A stretch of DNA of 64,000 nt from Octopus sinensis (Eukaryota): NCBI RefSeq assembly GCF_006345805.1, contig NC_043022.1, forward strand, positions 9,672,001 to 9,736,000. Reading direction: 5' to 3'. The notes beneath the pieces were generated by a model. That model was not told where the DNA came from and made no database searches. It was given only the letters and a program-made list of their open reading frames with translations. Each line of letters opens with the position of its first letter. Position 1 is the first letter of the stretch. Below are positions 1 through 13,118 of the stretch, piece after piece. Both the position numbers and the translations under genes were made by a program.

Positions 1-8
1 AGCCACAC

Positions 9-290
9 AATCATCGTTTAACGTCCGCTTTCCATGCTAGCATAGGTTGGACGATTTGACTGAGGGCTGGCGAACCAGATGGCTGCACCAGGCTTCAATC
101 TTGACCTGGAAGAGTTTCTACAGCTGGATGTCCTTCCTAACGCCAACCACTCTGAGAATGTAGTGGGTGCTTTTACATGCCACCGGCACGGGGCCAGTCA
201 GGCAGTACTGGCAACGACCTCGCTCGAATCTTTTATGCATGCCACCGGCACAGGTGCCAGGAAGGCAATGCTGGTAATGATACTATGATT
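9..290 (-). mobile_element. RTE LINE 3' UTR fragment
   Basis: catcgtttaacgtccgctttccatgctagc...ctggatgtccttcctaacgccaacc, same as the 3' UTR of the 56140-57497 element. About 20 such short copies occur in the window (e.g. 2790, 9065, 10170, 10730, 14905, 27040, 35870, 36635, 37200, 42140, 46835, 62600). Confidence 0.75.
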
Positions 291-377
291 TTGGAAAAAA
301 TTTATCTGTGCACAGGGTATGTATCGCCTTTCTGACGCCTTTTTTTTTGTCATTTAATTTTTGTTTCTGTTTTTCAG

Positions 378-527
378 GCAATGCATTTGGTATATAGTGC
401 ATTGGAAAATAACCCGGTTCCTACGACATTGCCACCAAAATTAATCCCCCCTTCGAAGCGTAAGCGTGTCTCATTACCTGGTGGAACCATCACAGATTCA
501 TTACCACCAAGAACTGATTCTCCTGCT
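378..527 (+). CDS. EPS15: EPS15/EPS15L1-like, internal exon (end of EH2 and linker)
   Basis: ttttcag|GCA acceptor, GCT|gtgagt donor; 150 nt, phase 0/0. Encodes [50 protein letters not shown], matching the recalled EPS15 motif AMxLVYxALExxPVPxxLPPxLxPPSKRK. Confidence 0.93.
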
Positions 528-769
528 GTGAGTATATTCTTCATTTATAGATTTATTGATTTACTTAGTTGCTTGTTTAGATTATCAGTTAGGGCTCTTT
601 TCACTGCCCCTAACCTTTTCTCCCTGCAATACTGGGTAAAATGACACGTCCCCTGCCAATTATTTCTACCTTCCCCTATTGAGTGGGATCAGTAACCATA
701 CAACCTTTGTACAAGAACTTACTCCGTTCCCCTCATTCTCTTATACTCTAACCCAAGGGTTACTCTCTT

Positions 770-1285
770 TTTACTCTCTTTTACTTGTTCCAGTCATTTG
801 ACTGCAGCCATGCTAGAGCACCACCTTTAGTTGAGCAAATCAACCCCAGGATTTATTCTTCGTAAGCCTAGTACTTATTCTATCGGTCTCTTTTACTTGT
901 TCCAGTCATTTGACTGCAGCCATGCAACGTTTAGTTGAGCAAATCAACCCCAGGACTTATTCTTCGTAAGCCTAGTACTTATTCTATCAGTCTCTTTTGC
1001 TGAACTACTAAGTTACAGGGATGTAAACACACCAGCATCGGTTGTCAAGCGATGTTGGGGGGACAAACACAGACACACACACACACACACACCACACACA
1101 CACACACACACATATATATACACGATGGGCTTCCTTCAGTTTCCGTCTACTAAATCCACTCACAAGGCTTTGGTCAGCCCAAGGCTATACTAGAAGACAC
1201 TTGCCCAAGGTGCCACGCAGTGGGACTGATCCCGGAACCATGTGGTTGGTAAGCAAGCTACTTACCACACAGCCACTCCTGCGTC
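770..1285 (-). mobile_element. SINE family A with duplicated tail segment
   Basis: Reverse complement of family A; the tail segment occurs twice (~783-880 and ~895-990). Confidence 0.75.
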
Positions 1286-2475
1286 TCTCAACTATTTTTT
1301 TACCCATGGACCCCTTTTACCCCACTTTTACCTTTTTTTACTTATGGACCCTATTTTATTCTGGTGGACCCCAATAGCCATCCTATGTTTAAAAACTGTT
1401 TTTTTATACAGACTTCTTTCAAATTTCCTATTTTGTTGTTCACACATCAACTTATGTAGGTTGAACTATGTAAAATGTTAGAGAAAGAAACCTGGCTCTT
1501 TCTTGCAATACACACCGATACATACACCTGAAGCAAAATGCTATTGTGGATCCCCTATTTACTATTTCATTGCATGGAAACCCCACCAATCTTATATGGA
1601 CCCTGGTTGAGAACTACTGATCAAGGTCTCTCAGCCATTTTTCTATCTATGAACCCCTTTAACTACTATTTTATTCTGGTGGACCCCACTAACCATTTAA
1701 TAGTACTTATTCTATCAGTTTCTTTTGCTGAACTGCTAAGTTATGGGGATGTAAACACACCAGCATCGGTTGTCAAGCTATGTTGGTGGGACAGACACTT
1801 GCACACACACACGTGACGGGCTTCTTTCAGTTTCTGTCTACCAAATCCACTCACAAGGCTTTGGTCGGCCTGAGGCTATAGTAGAAGACACTTGCCCAAG
1901 GTGCTGTGCAGTGGGACTGAACCCGGAACCATGTGATTGGTAAGCAAGCTTCTTACCACACAGCCACTGCTATATGTATGTAGATATATACATACATATA
2001 TGCATGTTTATGTATGCATCTGTATACGTATAGACATGCACGTATGCACACACGCATGCATGCACGCTCACGCGCACACACATTTTGCGCCATAAGTTCA
2101 TGTACTCAACAAAGATTTAGCAAATTATGGTAAATACTTAGCTGAAACCACTTTGGTGTCCCCTGCTGAATACATCCATCTGTCTTTTACTATGTTTTTA
2201 TGTCTTGTGCCTTGCCTGAATATAATAGACATCGGTTATCCAATTACCAATGATGCTGTGCATTAAACAAACAAGCAGTCAGACAATAAGAAACCTTGAT
2301 GGTATTTATTCTGCCTGAGTAGCATCGACATTACCTTGTCAATCCCTGCATAGGAGTTGCAACTGATCTATTGAAAACCTACAAACTAATGCTGTTCTTC
2401 ACAGAATACGTAATCATGAAAAGAAAATAGAATTAACTGGGAGTAGAAAGTTAAAATGAAAAAAGTAATTATATT

Positions 2476-3220
2476 TGCAGCGTGGAAGGTGTTTATAAGC
2501 CGTTTAAGAAACACACAAAAACTGTTAGATAGATTCACTTCAACATTTAAATTTTGTTTGTCAAAATATTTTCGTTGCTTTGAAACCTCGACCTGTTCAC
2601 TGAGAAAATTCCATGTTGCATCAGTGTGTATATATATATATATATGACAATTGCAGCGTGGAAGGTGTTTATAAGCCATTTAAGAAACACACAAAAGCTG
2701 TTAGATTCACTTCAACATTTAAATTTTATTTGTCAAAATATTTTTGTTGCTTTGAAACCGTGACCTGTTCACTGTATATATCAGTATATATAGGAAGGGC
2801 ATCCAGCCGTAGAAACACTGCCACATCAGACTGGGCCTGATGCAGCCTTCTGGCTTCACAGACCCCAGTTGAACCGTCCAACCCATGCTAGCATGGAAAG
2901 CGGATGCTAAATGATGATGATGATGATGATATATATATGACAATTGCAGTGTGGAAGGTGTTTATAAGCCATTTGAGAAACACAAAAACTGTTAGATTCA
3001 CTTCAACATATAAATTTAAATTGTCAAAATATTTTTGTCGTTTTGAAACCACGACCTGTTCATTGACAAAATTTTGTGCTGCATGGAATTTTGTCTGTGA
3101 ACAGGTCACGGTTTCAAAGCGATGAAAGTATTTTGACAGAAATTACATTTAAATGTTGAGGTGAATCTAACGGTTTTTGTGTTTTTAAATGACTCATAAA
3201 CACCTTCCATACTGCAATTG
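2476..3220. repeat. Foldback element plus two orphan arms
   Basis: Arm caattgcagygtggaaggtgtttataagcc... at 2476, 2648 and 2941; inverted arm ends ...ataaacaccttccatactgcaattg at 3220. Confidence 0.75.
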
Positions 3221-3666
3221 TTTTTGTTTCAGCATACGATCTCAGATCAAGTCACTTGCTATGCAAGTACATCTCCATAAATAATTACAATGGATTTGAT
3301 TAAATAGGGAGAAGTAAATTTATAAATACAATACTCCTCTTTTGTCAATTTTCCATTATGCAGTTTGATTGACGCACAGGCTGGTGGGAGATCATGTGAT
3401 GTGATGACATCATATTTTTGTACCTATTTCGTGCATTCCCTCTCCACAGTTTAGTATCCTTATCGCTAAAATTTCACTCAGCCTGTTGCTGTGTAAACAA
3501 AGCCTGTTAGGTAATCACGGCTGTAAAGTTAATTGAAGCCATTGATGCCATAATGATTTTTGTATTTAAACCAATATTTACCAGGTTTGATAATGCAGTG
3601 CACAGTTTAGGTTTGGGCTCTTTATATTAGCTGTTGCAACTACAGATACTTCTGTGTGCAATCTAG

Positions 3667-4120
3667 CTTGCAACAGAGCTAGAAAGGAAACTCTATGTGG
3701 TCTTTTAACATGCTAGAAACAGCAGCTAGATAGATAGTCCTTGAATGATGCCCAACTATCTTTAAAAACTGCAGATGCACTATAGCTTAGAACAGCTATA
3801 TTTAATAGCAACTGCATGAGTCACAATCTCACTTGCAGCAGATCTGGAAAGGAAACTATGTGGTCTTTTAACATGCTAGAAACAGCAGCTAGATATGCAC
3901 TGTAGTTTGTAGCAGCTTTTTTTATTTAGTAGCAACAGCATCAGCTGCACTCTCACTTGCAACAGATCTGGAGAGTAAACTCTATGTGGTCTTTTAACAT
4001 GCTAGAAACAGCAGCTAGATAGATAGTCCTTGAATCACGCCTTACTGTCTTTAAAAACTGCAGATGCACTGTAGCTTGTAGCAGCTTTATTAATTTAGTA
4101 GCCAGAGCATCAGCTGCACT
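3667..4120. repeat. Degenerate tandem repeat, three units of 120-165 bp
   Basis: cttgcarcaga...aactctatgtggtcttttaacatgctagaaacagcagctagat at ~3667, 3832 and 3956. Confidence 0.75.
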
Positions 4121-4136
4121 TGCAAATACACACACA

Positions 4137-4173
<37 letters not shown>

Positions 4174-4946
4174 TTTCAGTTTCTATCTACCAAATCCACT
4201 CACAAGGCTTTGGTTGGCCCAAAGCTATAGTAGAAGACACTTACCCAAGGTGCCACGCAGTGGGACTGAACCCAAAACCATGTGGTTGGTAAGCAAGCTA
4301 CTTACCACACAGCCACTCCTGCGTCTATAGCTACTCCTGGTAAACATTTTTTGAGAAGTGTGCTGCACAATACATGACTTATCATCAGCCAGGCTGCACT
4401 CCTAAAAGGAAAATAAAATTACCGCTATTCTTGTTTTGAAATTATGCCATTCAGAAAGTACCATGACTACACTTCCCATGCTACAAATAGCAGTTCAATC
4501 TTCCTTGAATCACACCCTACCATGTTTTAAAACCCCAGGTGCATTGTAATTTGCAATTGTTTTGGTTCAACAGCAACAGCTACAATTTATGTTATGAAAC
4601 ATAAAAGGAGTAGCTATATGGTCATCTAATATACTAGAAACAGCCATCAAATGTGGTAAATATATTCAGGGTTATAACCCCTAAAGAAGCTCAGCAACTT
4701 TTGACCTCAGTGTTTCGTTTCATTTTAGCAGAAGTAACTTGACAGAATGTTTCTTGATTACATTTAGGGTTCAGATCTTAGTAAGGTTTACTTTATCATT
4801 TCACCCCTCCAAGGTTGATAAAATATTTACCAGTTAAATACTGGGGGTTGATTGCATTGTCTATTCGCATTCCTTAGATTTGTTGTTAAAAATCTGTGTT
4901 TATAAATGTACTTTATTTTGTTTTTTTCTTTCCTTTTCAATATTAA

Positions 4947-5902
4947 CCCTTTACCTATCCAAAGCATTTTCATAAGTTTGTCCTAACACCCATGGTTGTT
5001 TTCAGACTTTTAGGTGGCCCTTGTTTCATATGTTCTGAATGATTTAAAGCTTTCCCTTCATAAAATCCAAGTTTAGTGCTTTTTAAAAAAATTGGGCAGG
5101 TCTATCAAATATGATGCATGGACTTCAGGCATATATGTCAGGTGTATTACATGTAATAAACAAGACAGGTAAAGCACTAAGCTGTTTCTGAAGGAATAAC
5201 TAATCTTATTTAACGGCTATTTTAAGCCTTTTCCTGTCCAATGCATGTTCATAAGTTTGTCCTATATGTTCATACTTGTTTAGCATTTAAAGTTTGCCCT
5301 TGTTTCTTTGGTTTCTTCCTCGCCTGCACCTAGCTGTCGTCACTGCTGTGCACCTCTGCGCCTTTGCCCATGCAACCGGGACTGCGCTGCTTTGCCTCGC
5401 GCTTCCTGCCTGACAGTGACAATGACGTGCTCTTCCTTGCCTCTCTCTCGCGACTGTCTCTCTGCATGCTGCTGGCCGTTGTATGCTCTCGCACACACTC
5501 CGGTAGCTTGCTGGCCAATGCTGTTTCGGCTCCACCGGCTGGTTTGCTGCCAGGAATGAGTTCATCACTAGTGCCACAGAAATGGTAAATGGTTTATGGT
5601 ACAAAAGAAATCACTTTAAACTTGCTAAAATAATATTCGAGATGCCTTTATCGGGACTAAGTATAGATGCAGATGTGTTACCTGAGATTAATTTTGAGGA
5701 TCTAATCAAAGACTCTATGCCTACTATTACTCTCACTCCAGAATGAATAGTGGAAGTGTCATTGAATAGTGAGAGAGGGGGTAAAAGTATGACACACTGA
5801 CACACACAAATTCATTTTCGCATTTATTATTATAAATGATGCTTAGACATCGTGGGGAAACTGTTCTTTGTATCATAGGTGATACAGAAGTCAGGCAAAG
5901 GG
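4947..5902. mobile_element. piggyBac-like non-autonomous element
   Basis: TTAA-CCCTTTACCT...AGGCAAAGGG-TTAA. Related ends near 58774 and 63457 share the tgatgcatggact motif. Confidence 0.6.
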
Positions 5903-5984
5903 TTAAAATTGATATTAACATTTGTTATTTTTGTTTGCTTTTCTTACTATATTTCCTTTCTCTTTTCTTTTTTTGCTGTTGTAG

Positions 5985-6139
5985 CCTTTGCAATGGGTGG
6001 TAACCAACACCGAAAAGGCAAATTATGATATTCTTTTTAAAAAAACTGACACAGATATGGATGGATTTGTATCTGGCAAGGAAATCCGGGATGTTTTCCT
6101 GCAAAGTGGATTAAGCAATAATGTTTTAGCTCATATTTG
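5985..6139 (+). CDS. EPS15: EPS15-like exon, first half of EH3
   Basis: gttgtag|CCT acceptor, TG|gtaagt donor; 155 nt, phase 0/2. Encodes PLQWVVTNTEKANYDILFKKTDTDMDGFVSGKEIRDVFLQSGLSNNVLAHIW with the EF-hand loop DTDMDGFVSGKE. Confidence 0.95.
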
Positions 6140-6849
6140 GTAAGTTCCTTATTTAATTTTCATCAAGAGGAAAAAACAAAAAAAAAGTCTTTTGCCTTTT
6201 TTAAAAAAAAAATTTTTTACTTAATATCTATTTATGTGTTATCATCATTGTCATCGTCATCGTTATTGTCGCCGTCATCATCATTGTTTAATGTTCACTT
6301 TTCCATGGGTTGAATGAAATAGATTTTTTTAAGGTGGATTTTCTGTGGCCAGATGTCTTTCTGACCCTCACCTGTATCCAAGTAAGGTAGAATTCGCCCT
6401 TCACCAAACATGTTTTCATGAAGATTGGAGACAAAAGACACTGCTTGCATGATGCTGACTCTCACAACAGTCACATGATGTCATGGCAAAGAGACAGTAA
6501 CACACACACACACACACAAACTCTTGTTATTTTGCTCGTTTCAGTTGTTTGACTGCGGCCATGCTGCAGCACCTTGAGAGGTTTTAGCTGAACAAATCGA
6601 CTCCGGGACTTATTTTTTAAGCCTAGTACTTATTCTATTGGTCCTTTTTGCCGAACTGCTGTGTTAGGGGGCGGTAAACTCACCAACAGCGGTTGTCAAG
6701 CAGTGATGGTGGGACAAACACAGACAGAAAGACACACAGACACACATACGACGGGCTTCTTTCAGTTTCCGTCTACCAAATCCACTCACAAGGCTTTGGT
6801 TGGCCTGAGGTTATAGTATAAAATAAAAAGGCACAAAAAGAAAATGACT

Positions 6850-7900
6850 CTCCCCAGACACAATAAAATATGCTTCAACACGCGAACTCATATAAAGAAT
6901 CTTGCAAACCAAATCCAAAAACGAAATATAATATAGTTCATTATATCATTATTTATCATATCTTAATACAATATATTGATATTCCCTACACTGTTAATAT
7001 CTCCCCTGTCATTTGCCGCAAAGGGTTTCTCGGGCTGTGTGGTTAAGAATCTTACTCTGCATCCACGTGGTTTCAGGTTGAGTTCCATTACATGACCCCT
7101 TTGGCAAGTGCCTCCCACTAGGATAGATATTTTGAGCAACAGTTTCCATAATACTCTTGCAGCCAGTTTTAGCAATTTCTTTTACAATTCCCTCTAATCC
7201 AGGAGACTTTCTCCTCTTTGTAATTATTTAATGGCTTTTGCTATTTCTTCAACAGCTATTTCAGTGTTTGGCTATTTCCAGCTCTTCTTGTGGTCAAGGA
7301 ATTAAGAAAGCATTTCTCCCTATTAAAAATGTCTTGTTTTTGATTATTACTCTAAAACTGTTCTTTCTGTTGTTCTTGCACACTTACATCAGATGGTATT
7401 AATTACCCATTAGCACTAAACACAGTCCTTTTCATCTTTCTACTTGACCTGTAATCTCGTTTAATATTTCATAAGCTTTCTCAATCCCTCTTTTCATCTC
7501 ATCTTAAACACCTTTAAACCTTTCTATCGAATCTCCAGTATTTACCTGTTTCTAGTTAAAGACCCCCCACCTTATTCTCTCACCCCAACTTTAAACAATT
7601 CATTTTCATTCCTTTCATGCTTCAATTACTTCCTATGTTTCTTCTGAAATCCCAAAATCCCATTTCCTTTTTATATTTCTTTACCTAGAATGCCTCTGGC
7701 TACATTCTGCTGTACTTCCTTTACATTCTTCCATTCACTGCTGTTATCTACCTCTTCATCTATATAGCTCCAAGCACTACACATTCGATGTCTGACCTTC
7801 TATCACTACATATATATTATGTTTTGATATATCATGCTATTCTCTATAGTTCTTATCTATTCAGCATAGCACATGATGTCTGTACTTGCACATACACACA
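6850..7900 (-). mobile_element. Highly decayed LINE RT-region remnant (L1/Tx1-like?)
   Basis: Minus strand fragments VEEIAKAIK...SPGL and ISFLDLVCKIL resemble RT N-terminal motifs; heavily disrupted. Confidence 0.4.
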
Positions 7901-9475
7901 CACATGCCTCTCTCTGTGTATTTGTATGTATTCAAAGCATATGACACATACCTAGCCTCAGTTTCTTCTTAATGTGGCTCATCACATCATCATTCTTTAT
8001 CATAATTATCTACTAAGATATTACTCTCATGTTTTTCTCTGTCACAACATATGAATGAGAAAAGAAGGGAAGACAGCAAAAAACAAACAAACAAACAAAC
8101 AAACAGCGTGTGAGTATGTGTGTGTGTGTATGTTAAAGGGAGGTTTGTGAATGTTTGTGTCTGTGTGTGCAATGGAAGTGGGGTGGTGAATATTTAACAC
8201 TGAAAAGAAAAATCAAACAGTGTTTCAACTCTGTGAGTATGTGTGTATGTGTGTGCATGTGCAAGGGAAGTATGTGAACATTTGTATCTGTGTATCTTAT
8301 TTTTTATTTTATTTACATATAAAGTACTACAATTAGCTGTCATTTTCGATGGTACAGAGCCAGCTAGTCTACTATAATAATACTCTTGTGTTTTTCTCCG
8401 TCACAACATATAAATGAGGAAGGAAGGGGTGATAGGTGAATGAGGAAGGAAGGAGTGATAGGTGAATAAGGAAGGAAGGGGTGATGGCAAAGTGGTAGTG
8501 GGATGATGGAAGTTCTACCACAAGTTCTACACAGAGAGAGAGAGGAAATTTTGGGTCTACTCTTTGACATGCTGGTTCCTATACAACAGGAAATGACTTG
8601 GTGATTGTTAACATCTATTATCTAAAGCAAGAATTCTTCTCAGTGGATAAATTTCATTTATTGTTGTTTAGCCCAGGGCAACCTAGTTTGAGCAGATTTT
8701 AGGTTTAATGCAATCCTGGCTAGCATTGGACATTTGATGATATGGGGTTGTGGGTTTTTTTGAGAGATTTGGCTGCTGCTTCTAGCAGGTTGAGTGACCA
8801 CAATAGCTGCTCCTTTGTTAGTGATATTTTGTTTTGGCCATTGGACAATGGTTATGCTCAGGCACCTCTCCAAATGGCTTTGGTCAACTATATCGATCAC
8901 CCTGCTTTGGTAATTATCTTTTTCATTGATTTCTCTTTATTGTTTGGTTTAACTTATTTCAAGGTAAAGGGATGTCACTCGGATGGAATAAATACAACAA
9001 GGTATTTGCTGTCTGTCATTAATACACACACACACGTGATGAACAGCTTATCTTCCAAGCATAGACATCATCATCATCATCATTATTTAGTATCTGTTTG
9101 CCATGCTAGCATGGGTTGGATGGTTTGACAAGGAACTGGCAAAGCCAGGGTCCACACCAGGTCCCATGGTCTATTTTGGCCTGGTTTCTACAGTTGGATG
9201 CCCTTCCTAATGCCAACCACTCCTCAGAGTGCACTGGGTGCATTTTACATGACACCAGCACCACTGCTTTTTAAGTGGCATTAGTACCAGTGACCTTCAT
9301 GGGCAAGCATTACCAAGGTGGTTTTAGGTAATCATAATAATTGCATTTCGCCCAGCATACTTAACATGCTGCACATGTTTCTGCGACTCTTATGCAATTA
9401 TTGTGGCATTCTGCTGAAATACCTGTGTACCTGAATGAATTATATGATCCTTTTTACCTCACCTTCTCATTGCAG

Positions 9476-9653
9476 GTCATTATGTGATATAAAAAGTACT
9501 GGTAAGCTGAATGCAGAGCAGTTTGCATTAGCGATGTATCTGATGGGCGAAAAGAAGAAAGGAGCGACCCTACCACAGCAGCTCACACCTGAGATGGTAC
9601 CTCCGACCATGAGGTCGCAGACTAATGCTGGACCAGCTGCTTTCGGAGTCATG
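9476..9653 (+). CDS. EPS15: EPS15-like exon, second half of EH3
   Basis: ttgcag|G acceptor completes Trp; ATG|gtttgt donor; 178 nt, phase 2/0. Encodes SLCDIKSTGKLNAEQFALAMYLMGEKKKGATLPQQLTPEMVPPTMRSQTNAGPAAFGVM. Confidence 0.93.
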
Positions 9654-9724
9654 GTTTGTTCACTCTACTATTACTCTTTATATACTCCACCTACCTCTTT
9701 CCCTACCCCACACAAGCACACACA

Positions 9725-9767
<43 letters not shown>

Positions 9768-11086
9768 CCCCCTCTCCTATCTCTCTCTGCATTTCTTTGC
9801 CTACCTACCTACCTGTCTGTCTGTCTGTCTGTCAGTCTGCCTGTCTGTCTGCCTCTCTGTCTGTCTCTCTCTCTTTCTCTCTCTTCTCCTCATCTTTTCT
9901 TTAGACCCTCACCCTCTTTGGCATTCGTTTTCTTTGTATAGGTACAACACTGACCTTTTGGACATTGATGGTCGAAAACCTCTTATAAATCTGCACCAAT
10001 TTACAAGCAGGAATTACAAATTCCTGCGGCTGCCAGACCCTGTACCTTGCACAGTACAGTATTAACCCTTTAGTGTTTAAACCGGTCGTATCCGGTTCAA
10101 ATATTCTTCCTGTTTTATGGTTGCACTAGCCAGGTCTGGCCTCTTACACATGCCCTACAATCATCATCATTATCATCATCATCGTTTAATGTCCTCCTTC
10201 CGTACTGGCATCGGTTGGATGGTTTAACGGGAACTGGTCAGGCAGATGCCTGCACCATACTTCTGTGTTTTTTTATGGCTGGATGCCCTTCCTAACACCA
10301 ACCACTCTACAGCATGGACTGAGTGCTTTTAACATGGCACCAGCACAGGCAAGGTCAGTTTTGGCATGGTTTTTATAGCTGGATGCCCTTCCAAATGCCA
10401 ACCACTCCACAGAGTGGACTGGATGCTTTTTTAAGCGACAACAAGACACACGCCAGACATTCCATTCATTTCCCAGCTCAAAGGGGTGGGCCCCGTCTTA
10501 TACTCGGGTCAAGGCATAGAATGCAACCCCCGATACAAGCAGCGGGGCCTGACGGCATATGCTGGTTTACCCTTGCCGCATCATGCTGGTTCCTAACCCC
10601 TTTGAGCAACATCAGTTCACTCATTTGAGAGAATGTGAAATAGCCATTTTTGGGAATAGTGGATCTCGAAGCATGTATAAAGCTATGAATTGTAATAAGT
10701 AAATATTAGGCTGCCATGTACACTCTGTAAAGTGGTTGGCATTAAGAAGGACATCCAGCTATAGGAACCATGCCAAATGCGACAGTTGGAACCTGGTGCA
10801 GCTCTCTGGTTTGCCAGCTTCTATTAAACTGTTCAACCCATGCCAGCATGGAAAATGTTCATTAAATGATGATGATGATGATAGAAAAAGTTAAAAGGTG
10901 CCTGTGAGACATGAACCCTCATCTCCTTTTCGTGTACTTTTGAGATTCACTATTCCAAAAACGAAAGATTTATGCAAATGTATGGGTACTTGTATGTCAT
11001 TTAATTATTCAAGTATATTTAATATTTGTTTGTTTTAGCATGTGTTAGTGGCACACGGTCATTTGCTCATGAGTTTGATTTCTTGT

Positions 11087-11600
11087 GGCATGTTGTGTCC
11101 TTGAGCGACACGGTGTGTTCTTGAGCAGCACATTGTGTCCTTGAGCAGCATGCCATGTCCTTGAGCGGCACGCTGTGTCCTTGAGTGGCACATTGTGTCC
11201 TTGAGCAGCACATTGTGTCCTTGAGCGGCATGTTGTGTCCTTGAGCAGCACGTTGTGTTGTTGAGTGGCATGTTGTGTCTTTGAGCGGCATGTCGTGTCC
11301 TTCAGTGGCATGTCGTGTCCTTGAGCAGCACGTCGTGTTCCTGAGTGGCACACTGTGTCCCTGAGCGGCACGCTGTGTCCTTGAGCGACATGTCGTGTCC
11401 TTGAGTGGCACGTTGTGTCCTTGAGCGGCATGTCATGTCCTTGAGCGGCATGCCGTGTCCTTGAGCAGCATGCCGTGTCCTTGAGCGGCTTGTCGTGTCC
11501 TTGATTGGCACGTTGTGTCCTTGAGCGGCATGTCATGTCCTTGAGCAGCACGTCGTGTCCTTGAGTGGCACATTGTGTCTTTGAGCAGTATGTTATGTCC
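11087..11600. repeat. 20-bp minisatellite, ~25 units
   Basis: Consensus GGCAYGTYGTGTCCTTGAGC. Confidence 0.95.
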
Positions 11601-11764
11601 CAGAACACAACACAGCACGGTCCAGGAATCAAACTCACTACCTCATGAGACTCGGACATTGCTTAGAAAATATTTTTCATTTTTAACCTCATATATAGTA
11701 TACACTAGGGATTTTGACCTTTAAATTTTGGGGAAAAAATGCAGATTATACTTGAGGATTTCGG

Positions 11765-11796
<32 letters not shown>

Positions 11797-12133
11797 TTGT
11801 ATGGATGTTTAGGCTACTCTGTCTTGCCATAACAAGCTGCTGTGAAGAGGAAAGAAGAGATAAGATACATTAAAGATAGCAAAGGGGATTCTCTCTTCCC
11901 CACGCCTTTGTCTTTTCCTCTTGCTTCATCTTCTAAGCAATCTTAATGGCTCCTTGGGACCATCATCATCATCATCATCTTTGTTTAATGTCTGTTTTCC
12001 ATGAAGCATCTCATTAAAATTTGCACCCATGCTACACCCCATCTTTTTTGTTGTTACCAGCTTCCTTTTATTCTACTACCATTACTCGTTCTCTTCATAC
12101 GCCATATTATGCACACATATACATCCATACATG

Positions 12134-12738
12134 CGAGGGTACTAAAAAGTTCCTGGCTTTAAGGGTATTGGGAAAAGCCTGGTTGGAGGCCCGACCTTCC
12201 AAGTCCTTTTACAGGGCTTAGAAAAACTAAAGGACTGCTATAATAAGTGTGAATCTGATAGGGGAATATCTATATCTATATAAAGCTGAAGTTGTCTGTG
12301 TGTGTGGCAGGTTTGGTAGCCTTCAACTAACACTGTTTCCTCCGTGACCCTGTGGCGCAAGTTGACCAAAGTTGAGAGTATGATAGAAGGCTTACTCTTC
12401 ATTCCATAGAAGATAAGATTCAAATCAGACCATGTTAAGACCAAAAATTATTTACACCAAAAAAGTGCTTTTTTTTCCTATGAAAATCCCTATTTTTTAC
12501 GATTTTTTGACTGCTGTGTCACCATTTTCGGTGTATTTCAACCAGAAAAATGTTCACTTAAAGAGAATAACAAGCTACATAATGCAAAATTTTTACTTTT
12601 CAAAAATTCCAATTCTAAAGGGTTGAAATAAACCTGAGCAACACTGGGCGATACTGCTAGTGTTGAATAAAATCATAATTAGCTGATCCTCCTTTATTTT
12701 CTCTTACTCAAAGTCACCAACTTTTCAGCATCCACTCG
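12134..12738 (+). mobile_element. Internally deleted mariner (Tc1/mariner) element
   Basis: Left end CGAGGGtactaaaaagtt, right end aacttttcagcatccactCG. Residual C-terminus GLEKLKDCYNKC/NLIGEYVE* once the Helitron is removed. Confidence 0.7.
12269..12660 (+). mobile_element. Non-autonomous Helitron
   Basis: Starts TC, ends with degenerate hairpin cctgagcaacactggg then CTAG; inserted between A(12268) and T(12661) with no TSD. Confidence 0.8.
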
Positions 12739-12749
12739 TGTACACACAC

Positions 12750-12804
<55 letters not shown>

Positions 12805-13078
12805 TACACACACGCACATATATGCACATCTTGTATACATCACAATTTTGCACGCTGCATGTATTGTTGCTTCATTGCATGATTGTTCATTTCAGGACGA
12901 AGATTCTGACCCCCAAAATCAAAACCCAGCCACTGATTTGAGTGGGACCGAGCATTCAAATACTGACTTTCTGGTTTGTTTTGTTCTTGTATAAAAAACA
13001 CCCCCTAAAAATAATAACAACAATAATAGTAATAACCCAATTGGTGGCTGGCATTGGTTCCTTACTTTTTTCATTTTC

Positions 13079-13118
<40 letters not shown>

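Noticed and set aside
5287-5604. 105-aa minus-strand ORF in the GC-rich block
   Set aside because: No recognisable domain or splice context; ORF length is explained by GC content.
11045-11659. Repetitive KDTTCRSRTQRAAQGH ORFs
   Set aside because: Translation of the 20-bp minisatellite.
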